Assembly (NCBI GenBank): GCA_040235515.1 | Contig: JBECKX010000030.1 | Coordinates: 1 to 12,617 of the forward strand | Direction of reading: 5' to 3' | From: Candidatus Zixiibacteriota bacterium | GTDB taxonomy: Bacteria; Zixibacteria; MSB-5A5; CAIYYT01 | Length of the DNA stretch: 12,617 nucleotides | Shown: one piece after another, positions 5,722 to 12,617 of the stretch | Layout: each line of letters starts with the position of its first letter | Position numbering within the stretch: position 1 is the stretch's first letter | Position numbers and translations under genes: made by a program | The notes under the pieces: model-generated | The model's database searches: none | Told to the model about the DNA's origin: nothing | What the model saw: only the letters and a program-made list of their open reading frames with translations

Positions 5722-6366
5722 TCAGATCGATCCGCCGCGTTTGGCGCCGGCGAACGGATTAAATGCGATCCCGAATCCGATCGTAAATGCCGACAGGTCT
5801 ATCTTCTCACTGCCGGTTGCCACGAACTCCGGATCTGCGAGTCTCAGAGTGTAGTCGACCTCCGTGTCAAAGTAGAGATATGTGATGCCCAGTTGAATCT
5901 GTGCCGCAGGTGAAAGGGATATCGCAATTCCACCTTTCAGCGTCAGCCCGACTCTCGAGTTAATCTCTTCCTCCAACGTAACGTCATACCCGTCCAGTTC
6001 CTGCAGTGCTCGATCGCTCAGGCCATGAGAAGGCATGAAGTAAGCAAGCCCGATTCCTCCATAGGGTCGGATTTGCGGGGCTGTTGAGGTCAGAATGAGT
6101 GTACCTGAGAGCCACGTCAATGAGTAGTCGCCGTCAGAGAGTTTGTCAACGATCGTGTCCGACTTATACCAGCCAAGTGCGGCCTCAAAAAGCATGAATG
6201 GCTTGACCGGAGTCTGTAACTTCCCCTGGAAACCAAGGCCGTTGTCGATGTCATCATTGGAAAAGGCATACGGCAGATCGCCACCGAACCAGACTTCGGC
6301 ACGCGAAGTTGATACGGCAATCGAGAGTAAAATCAACGTTGCCAGGATAGTGAGAGAATACCTCAT
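5722..6366 (-). CDS. Outer-membrane beta-barrel protein (OmpW / OMP_b-brl-like)
   Basis: Signal peptide ending ..SRA-E, alternating amphipathic strands, RPYGGIGLAYF and a late FTIGFGIAF strand. SD AAGGAG at 6379-6374. Confidence 0.85.
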   Translation of the reverse strand: MRYSLTILATLILLSIAVSTSRAEVWFGGDLPYAFSNDDIDNGLGFQGKLQTPVKPFMLFEAALGWYKSDTIVDKLSDGDYSLTWLSGTLILTSTAPQIRPYGGIGLAYFMPSHGLSDRALQELDGYDVTLEEEINSRVGLTLKGGIAISLSPAAQIQLGITYLYFDTEVDYTLRLADPEFVATGSEKIDLSAFTIGFGIAFNPFAGAKRGGSI

Positions 6367-6596
6367 GGAAAGACTCCTTTTACAGGGGCCACAAGAATGG
6401 ACCCGCTAAATCACTATCCCTTATGTAACACTTATACTGGATAAATCAATCTCATTTTGGCGGTAGACCACTGATTTGTAGGTCAAACCCTCCGGGAACT
6501 TGACCAAACGCAGTGAGGCTATCTGCCTAGCATCCAACTCACGATAGTGTAGCGGAACATCGAGCCGATCTCTCCGAACCGCGCTCCGCTCCGAGA

Positions 6597-7796
6597 TCAC
6601 CCCACCGCCGGTGGCATGTTCCGCAGCGGGCGGTCCTCACGGAAGCCAAGGAAATAATCCGCCTGCATCAGCTTGTGGATCTCGCGTGTGCCCTCATAAA
6701 TCGCCGCACCTTTGGAGTTGCGGAAGAATCGCTCCACCGGGTACTCATCCGAGAAACCATAGGCGCCATGAATTTGAACCGCATTGTACGCCGCTTTCTC
6801 AGCCTGATCAGTGCAGAACCACTTGGCCAGTGACGTCTCTTTCGTGTTGCGGACACCCTTGTTCTTGAGCCAGCCCGCCTTCATCCAGAGAAGCCTTCCC
6901 GCTTCATAGCCATAAATCATCTCCGCGAACATCTCTTTCACCAACTGGTGCCGTGCAATTTCTTCACCGAATGTCTTCCGCGTCAGGGCATACTCCTTAC
7001 TGGCGTCCATACAGGCCCTGATCAACCCGGTTGAGCCGGCGGCGACCGTATAGCGGCCACCATCGAGGCACACCATCGCAATCTTGAAGCCTTCCCCCTC
7101 GTTGCCGACAAGATTGGCCGCGGGCACTTCGACATCCTGCATGGCAATCCAACCGGTCTTGCCTGAGCGCACGCCCAGTTTTCCCTCGATCGATCCGGTG
7201 GTCACACCGGCGAACTCGCGCTCAACGATGAAGCATGATAGTCCTGAGTGGTCACGCTTCTTTTGTTTATCAGTGTCGGTCCACGCGAAGATAAGAAAGT
7301 GATCTGCAACCTCTGAGAGGGATATCCACATCTTCTCACCATTCAGGATATACTTGTCGCCATCTTTGCGGGCGGTTGTGAGAATACCAACAGCATCTGA
7401 ACCGGCCGACGGCTCAGTTAAACCAAAGGTGCCAATCTTCTCACCCTTTGCCTGCGGCACGAGGTACTTCTGCTTCTGCTCCTCATTACCCCAGGCCAGC
7501 AGCGTGATCGAATTGAGTCCGACGTGCACCGAGAAGATGACGCGCGCGGCTGTGTCGACATACTCCATCTCTTCGCAAACGAGGCCGAGCGAGATGTAGT
7601 CCATCCCCATGCCGCCGTATTGCTCCGGAATACAAACACCCAGCAGATCGGCATCACGCAAATGGCCGATGAACTCGGGGTCGGTCTTGACGGCGCGATC
7701 AAGTTCCTGGATTTTGGGCGCCAGGTACTTATGCGCTACGTCGCGCGCTAATTGCGCGACCATTTTATGATCATCGGTCAGTTCAAAGTCGATCAT
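6597..7796 (-). CDS. Acyl-CoA dehydrogenase (possibly glutaryl-CoA dehydrogenase-like)
   Basis: FGLTEPSAGSD, LNGEKMWIS, GKLGVR, QIHGAYGFSDEYPVERFFR and catalytic IYEGT motifs. Start moved to ATG 7796 (MIDFEL...) because GAGGAG (7809-7804) lies 7 nt upstream and overlaps the ATG at 7811. Confidence 0.95.
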   Translation of the reverse strand: MIDFELTDDHKMVAQLARDVAHKYLAPKIQELDRAVKTDPEFIGHLRDADLLGVCIPEQYGGMGMDYISLGLVCEEMEYVDTAARVIFSVHVGLNSITLLAWGNEEQKQKYLVPQAKGEKIGTFGLTEPSAGSDAVGILTTARKDGDKYILNGEKMWISLSEVADHFLIFAWTDTDKQKKRDHSGLSCFIVEREFAGVTTGSIEGKLGVRSGKTGWIAMQDVEVPAANLVGNEGEGFKIAMVCLDGGRYTVAAGSTGLIRACMDASKEYALTRKTFGEEIARHQLVKEMFAEMIYGYEAGRLLWMKAGWLKNKGVRNTKETSLAKWFCTDQAEKAAYNAVQIHGAYGFSDEYPVERFFRNSKGAAIYEGTREIHKLMQADYFLGFREDRPLRNMPPAVG

Positions 7797-7851
7797 CTCG
7801 GAACTCCTCATTCTATCAAGAACAGCTAATTTTCAATCCAACATGGCGGTC

Positions 7852-7901
7852 ACTATAACACTTTCGCACTGTCCGGGAAAGTGTTTGCCGGAAAGTATTT
7901 G
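7852..7901. promoter_or_regulatory. Extended -10 (TGtTATAGT, minus strand) overlapped by a three-copy GAAAGTRTT operator-like array
   Basis: AACACTTTC-N11-GAAAGTGTT inverted repeat (7857-7885) and direct repeat GGAAAGTGTTTG / GGAAAGTATTTG (7876-7887, 7890-7901). Confidence 0.5.
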
Positions 7902-7935
7902 TGAAATCGGCCACGATGACGACATATAAATTACG

Positions 7936-8973
7936 ATGTGTTGTGTTAGTAGAGTAATTATCTCGATTATCCTGGCCGGGCTGGCGACCACTGCGCTCGC
8001 GGTCGACCTCGATTCCGCCTGCGTCGCCCGAATGAAGGCCGGGATTGCGCTCAGCATCACCGAGGAGTTTGACTCTGCCCAGGCCCTGTTCGAACCGATC
8101 GTCGCGCACGATTCCACCGATTACAACGCCTACTTCATGCTCGCCGCGATCCTGCACAGCAAGATGATGGATTCGGAGGATTTCGCGCTGGCAGACTCTT
8201 TTGAAGTGCTCCTTGCTGCAGCCGAGCGGCAGGCGCAGTCGGCTATCGACAGCGGCAACGATCCTGCCTGGGCGCTCTTCATTCAGGGGAGCGTGCGCGC
8301 CTACCGTGCCGCGCTGGAGGGGCATACCGGCAGTTGGTTCAGCGCGATGAAGGAAGGAGTCAAGGGGAAGAACCGCTGCCTTGATGCGCTGCGCATCGAC
8401 CCCGGTCTCTACGACACCTATGTCGTCCTCGGTAACTATCATTACTGGAAATCGGCTCGCACCGAATTCATCAACTGGCTGCCGCTGGTTGCCGATCGCA
8501 AGGAGCAGGGAATAGAGGAACTCCACACGGCGATTGATTCATCCCTGATCAGTGGCGACCTCGCACTCAATTCACTCGTCTGGGTGCTGATCGATGCGGA
8601 GAGGTATGATGACGCGCTGGCTGCGGCGGGTCGCATCCATGACCGCTACCCAGACAGCAGACTGGCAAACTGGGCGATGGCGTTTGCATCACTGCATGCA
8701 GGGAGGGTGTACGACGCAACGACATACTTCGAAGAGATCATCTCCCAGCTCGAAGCTGATTCGTCTCAGAACTACTTCAACCTGATCGAATGTCGCTACC
8801 AACTCGCGGCAATCTCGCTTGCGGTCGCCGACACCGCTGCGGCGATCGAGCAATTGACCAGCATCAAAGCTTACTCGCCGAGTGAAGAGGTCTCGAAGCG
8901 GCAGAAGGATAAGTTGAAAGAAACGGATAAGCTGCTGAAGAAACTGGCGCCCAAACCGGCAACCAGCAACTAG
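7936..8973 (+). CDS. Secreted tetratricopeptide-repeat protein
   Basis: Signal peptide (..ATTALA-VD) and alanine-rich helical repeats such as ALRIDPGLYDTYVVLGNYHYW and RYDDALAAAGRIHDRYPDS. Confidence 0.85.
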   Translation: MCCVSRVIISIILAGLATTALAVDLDSACVARMKAGIALSITEEFDSAQALFEPIVAHDSTDYNAYFMLAAILHSKMMDSEDFALADSFEVLLAAAERQAQSAIDSGNDPAWALFIQGSVRAYRAALEGHTGSWFSAMKEGVKGKNRCLDALRIDPGLYDTYVVLGNYHYWKSARTEFINWLPLVADRKEQGIEELHTAIDSSLISGDLALNSLVWVLIDAERYDDALAAAGRIHDRYPDSRLANWAMAFASLHAGRVYDATTYFEEIISQLEADSSQNYFNLIECRYQLAAISLAVADTAAAIEQLTSIKAYSPSEEVSKRQKDKLKETDKLLKKLAPKPATSN

Positions 8974-9001
8974 CTACCAGCCACCGATTACTGCTGACTA
9001 T

Positions 9002-10408
9002 CTAAACGCTACCGGCCGGAGCGGGCTCTGCGTTACTCCCCTTAGAGTTTCTCTGCATCGCACCAGACTGGATTGCGCTGATCACTCCGATCAGCACCCA
9101 GAAATATGTCGCCCATGAACCGTGACCGAAGAAACCGCCGGTCTCAAAGAAGCCGTGCGCCACGATGCCCCCCATCAAAGCCAGGCCAATCTGGCAGGCT
9201 ACCCGGACGTCGGGGCTGCGAGCAGTGCGCCAGCCGATTGCCATGAACCGGGAGATCTGGTAGAACAGGGTGAGCAGAAACAGCAATCCCAGTACACCGG
9301 CTGACATCATCGCGTACAGGTAGATATTGTGTGGGGCAAAGCTGCTGTCCGGTTCCCGATACAGCAGGTGTTGCACCGGGTCATTCCAATAGATGCGCTC
9401 GACGACATCATTCTTCGGGGCTGCGTAGCCTACGCCGAAGATCGGGTGTGAGGCAAAAGCCTCGAAGCCATGCTTCCACAGAAGCGTTCGGTGCGTAACA
9501 CCGCTCTTCAACCTCAGGGAGGAACTGATCACAAGCTGGCCGGTGGGTGAAGAGAAGAAGAGGATTGCTCCGACGACCGCGACCCCTGCCAGCAGTGCCA
9601 GCATTCGTTTGTTCTTGCGAATGACAAGAAAGATGATGGTGGTCACCGCGAGGCTGAGGTACCCGGCGCGCGACCACGACATCAGGAGCGCAAGCCCACC
9701 TGCCGCGATACAGCCTGCGAAATAGATTCGAAAGAGCCAGTTCTTACTTAGATAGAATCCGAGATAGAGTGCCGGGACTGCGAAACTCATAAAGATTCCG
9801 AGCATGTTCGCATTCATGTACAAGCCGCTCGCACGAGGAACACCGCTGCCGAAGATCTCCGCGAATGACGCCAGCGCGCTGACGATGACCGAAATGCCAA
9901 ACGCCGCAAGCAGCGCCATGACGTGCCCCGGTTTCCTCACCAACATGCGGGTCAGGGTATAGGCGGGGATCAACGTCATCATCCGCAGCACCTCGCCAGC
10001 GCTTCTCATCGGCGCGACCGCCAGCAGGGAACACGCCAGCCCCCAGCCAAGATAGGCAAGGGCAGAAATCTCAATCGGGTTGGCCTGGTACTTCGTCAGG
10101 CGCTGTTCGAGCGAGAGTTGGAGAATGCTCCAGATGGTCAAAAGGACAACCAGCCCCCACTTCGCGTAGCGAAGCAGCATATCGTCGACCTGTGTGAGTG
10201 TCGCAACATGCGAAAAAAGCACCAGTGCCAGTGGCAGGCCAATCGATGAGAAGAAAAAGATGAAGCCGGCGATTATCGCACAGATGATTGCGGTACCCCC
10301 GATACCACCGAACGCACCGACGCTACCGAGGATTATCCCGTTGCCGGCAAGTGTGGCGTAACCACCCAGGCGCCCCAGTCTCTCACCGCTTCCAGAGAGG
10401 ATGTTCAT
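9002..10408 (-). CDS. O-antigen ligase / Wzy_C family protein
   Basis: 468 aa, polytopic. RASGLYMNANMLG, SWSRAGYL, R..LW....AFASHPIFGVG and PHNIYL...GVLGL motifs. Confidence 0.92.
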   Translation of the reverse strand: MNILSGSGERLGRLGGYATLAGNGIILGSVGAFGGIGGTAIICAIIAGFIFFFSSIGLPLALVLFSHVATLTQVDDMLLRYAKWGLVVLLTIWSILQLSLEQRLTKYQANPIEISALAYLGWGLACSLLAVAPMRSAGEVLRMMTLIPAYTLTRMLVRKPGHVMALLAAFGISVIVSALASFAEIFGSGVPRASGLYMNANMLGIFMSFAVPALYLGFYLSKNWLFRIYFAGCIAAGGLALLMSWSRAGYLSLAVTTIIFLVIRKNKRMLALLAGVAVVGAILFFSSPTGQLVISSSLRLKSGVTHRTLLWKHGFEAFASHPIFGVGYAAPKNDVVERIYWNDPVQHLLYREPDSSFAPHNIYLYAMMSAGVLGLLFLLTLFYQISRFMAIGWRTARSPDVRVACQIGLALMGGIVAHGFFETGGFFGHGSWATYFWVLIGVISAIQSGAMQRNSKGSNAEPAPAGSV

Positions 10409-10420
10409 CAGGTTTGATTC

Positions 10421-11599
10421 TCAACCGAGGGGTCGATTTTTAATTTCGCCCCACCAACCACCCGCCTTGTTCAGGAATTCGTGGAGTGGATGCTTCTCCT
10501 CGCGCGCGAGTGAGAGGAAAATGACGAATGCGACGGAAAACCCGGCTGAAAGGAGGAACGCGGCAATCACAATCAACCGCTTCTTCGGTTTGGCCGCTTC
10601 GATCGGAGGCTTGGCGACATCCAGACGCATGATCGTCGGCATGTCGCGCTTTTCCTGCAGCTTTGCGGACTCGTATTGCTGGAAGAGCATCTCATAAGAT
10701 AGCTCGTAGATCTTCGCATTGCGGGTCAGGATCGCAAACTGCATTTTCAGGTCAGGGATCTTACTCAAGTCGATATCGAGTACCGAGAGCAACGAGTCGG
10801 GTCCCGCGCCTCGTTCGATATCCATCAGCTTCCGGCGCAGTTCCTTAACCATCAATTCTTTCCGGCGGTACTCGGGGTGATCCTTCGCCACCGTCTTGGA
10901 GAGGACTTCCAGCTCAATTTCGGCTGTGGTCAGAGCAGCCTTCTGCTGCGCCAGATTGTCGATCAGGACCTCGGACTGCATATCCAGCGAGACCGCTCGA
11001 TTCTTCTCCTGGAATTGCCGCAAAGCTTCCTGGGCATTTGCGAGCAGGCTGTCGGTCTCGGCCAGTCGTCTGCTCAGAAACTCTTTATACTCCTGACCCT
11101 TTCTATTCTGGAGTTTGCGATTCAGGCTGTCGAGCAGGTCTATCAACGTATTCGCGATCTGTGCCGCGAGTTCAGGCGAGCGCGACTCCACTTCGACGAT
11201 GACAATGCCCTCCGGTTCAACACGCACGTTTACCTTTTCCTTGAGCATGCCGATCGCCTGCTGACGCATCTCGCATTTGTAAACCTCCTGCAGGCCAAGC
11301 GAATCAACCGCTTCACCGAGGATCGTGTCAGATTTTAACATGCTGGCGTAAAGGTCGGAGGGTGTGGCCATCAGTGGCAGTGCAAAATTGGTGACCGCCA
11401 TCGCGATGTGACCGGTGGTCAGCCCGGCCAACATTCCCATCGGTGATTCCGATTCGGGCGGTAACACCGATGTCTTTGCGATGTAACCTTTAGGCAGGAG
11501 CAGGCTTACGATGATGGCGAGAACCGTTACCGCCACCGTGTTGAGGATGATAAACCTTCTATATCGAACCGTTATTTCTAAAAACCTGACTAACCACAT
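10421..11599 (-). CDS. Polysaccharide chain-length determinant (Wzz/GumC-like co-polymerase)
   Basis: N-terminal TM followed by LLPKGY.A...LPP, SPELAAQIAN, a long coiled coil containing DHPEY, and a Pro-rich LDVAKPP...KPKKRLI segment before the C-terminal TM. No kinase domain. Confidence 0.9.
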   Translation of the reverse strand: MWLVRFLEITVRYRRFIILNTVAVTVLAIIVSLLLPKGYIAKTSVLPPESESPMGMLAGLTTGHIAMAVTNFALPLMATPSDLYASMLKSDTILGEAVDSLGLQEVYKCEMRQQAIGMLKEKVNVRVEPEGIVIVEVESRSPELAAQIANTLIDLLDSLNRKLQNRKGQEYKEFLSRRLAETDSLLANAQEALRQFQEKNRAVSLDMQSEVLIDNLAQQKAALTTAEIELEVLSKTVAKDHPEYRRKELMVKELRRKLMDIERGAGPDSLLSVLDIDLSKIPDLKMQFAILTRNAKIYELSYEMLFQQYESAKLQEKRDMPTIMRLDVAKPPIEAAKPKKRLIVIAAFLLSAGFSVAFVIFLSLAREEKHPLHEFLNKAGGWWGEIKNRPLG

Positions 11600-11633
11600 T
11601 GACTACAACTCTCTCTTGCTGAAGGGGTGGCAC

Positions 11634-11662
11634 ATGATACCGTTGCACATACTGAGTGTCAA
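11634..11662 (-). promoter_or_regulatory. Near-consensus sigma70 promoter for the wzz-like/ligase pair
   Basis: TTGACA (11662-11657), 17-nt spacer, TATCAT (11639-11634). Confidence 0.8.
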
Positions 11663-11706
11663 CTCATAATCGATCATGCTGTGTGGCAGCAGCCATCAAC
11701 CGGCAG

Positions 11707-12617
11707 CTACACCACAATCAAATTGTTTTCGATCTTGCTATCATACAAGCGCAAAAGCGCATCAAGGACAGTGGCGACCTCCAGTTGTCGCAACGGGTCA
11801 CCACAACTGCAACCGCGACCCGCGTACCTGCAACAATAGATTTTACCTGGTTGCGGCATCCCCGGACCAGATTTCTGAATCGAAACTGTGGTGTTGCAGG
11901 GAAGCGCGATCATCCTCGGATTCGTGGGTCCAAACAGCGCCAGGGCTTTAACGCCGCACAGTCCGGCGGCATGTGCACCGAAGGAATCAACTCCGCAATG
12001 CAGTTGCGCAGCGCTGATTAAGAGAATCGATTCTGCCAGCGAAGTCGAACCGGCGGCCACAACTCCCAAACCTCCACTCTCGTGGAGCAATTCCTCACAA
12101 AGCTCTTTCTCAGATGGGGCGCCGATGATCACCGGCAGCAGCTCCGTTTCTTGACGAAACTGCCGCAACAACTCGGCGAATTTTCCAACCCCCCAGTTCT
12201 TCGCTTCCCAGCCTCCAAATGGCTGCAGTGTGAAGTATCGCTGTTCCCGGCAATCTATCCCGAGCCGCTGCAGGAGTAACTCCCGTGCTGCGCTGTCGAC
12301 ATTGAGTGTGTTTGCCAGATATTTCCCCGGCTCAATTGCGAGATTGAGCGGTTCGAGGAGGCGGAATCGCTTTTCCAACAGATTGGCATTGAAATCATAC
12401 GGATAGGTGAAATGATTCAGGAAGCCGGAGGCTTGATTGTTTCGTCCGATCCTCAACGGAATCCGCGCGAAGAAAGCGGTCGAGGCTGAGAAGAAGTCGC
12501 CGGAATCATTGATGCAGACGGCAAACCCCCGCGAGCGTAGCTGTTCGACTATCGGGCGATGGGCTCCCGACAGCAGCGCACGACATGCCGCCAGAAAACC
12601 GGGTGGTTGGGCTGAGA
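11707..12617 (-). CDS. Glycosyltransferase family 9 (heptosyltransferase-like), 5'-truncated by window edge
   Basis: Frame is open to the window end (..QLRSRGFAVCINDSGDFFSASTAFFARIPLRIG..). GT9 motifs PFGGWEAKNW, GSTSLAESILLI, GVDSFGAHAA and LFGPTNP. Confidence 0.92.
   Translation of the reverse strand, partial: SAQPPGFLAACRALLSGAHRPIVEQLRSRGFAVCINDSGDFFSASTAFFARIPLRIGRNNQASGFLNHFTYPYDFNANLLEKRFRLLEPLNLAIEPGKYLANTLNVDSAARELLLQRLGIDCREQRYFTLQPFGGWEAKNWGVGKFAELLRQFRQETELLPVIIGAPSEKELCEELLHESGGLGVVAAGSTSLAESILLISAAQLHCGVDSFGAHAAGLCGVKALALFGPTNPRMIALPCNTTVSIQKSGPGMPQPGKIYCCRYAGRGCSCGDPLRQLEVATVLDALLRLYDSKIENNLIVV

Noticed and set aside
11628..11647. TGGCAC...TTGCA sigma54-like motif
   Set aside because: Spacing is 14 nt, and the region is explained by the minus-strand sigma70 promoter.

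Overview
A GC-rich bacterial chromosome segment from a diderm (Gram-negative-type) organism. It has 12 credible protein genes: a 5'-truncated MFS permease, a YvlD/phage-holin-4 membrane protein, an uncharacterised 5-TM protein, a beta-propeller lipoprotein, a GT87/DUF2029 glycosyltransferase, a 110-aa hypothetical protein, an OmpW-like beta-barrel, an acyl-CoA dehydrogenase, a secreted TPR protein, and the end of an LPS/surface-polysaccharide cluster (GT9, Wzz-like, O-antigen ligase-like). I saw no rRNA, tRNA, CRISPR array or transposase. The most interesting region is the 690-bp intergenic gap at 4661-5349. On the minus strand it holds what looks like a complete sigma54 transcription unit for a ~100-nt small RNA: palindromic enhancer sites, an IHF site, a -24/-12 promoter, a G.U-containing hairpin and an intrinsic terminator. 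A second ~100-nt structured RNA candidate with its own extended -10 promoter follows it. The second highlight is the 273-aa protein at 1327-2148, which looks like a divergent CcmC/CcsA-type heme-handling protein. All calls come from reading by eye; no searches or folding programs were run.
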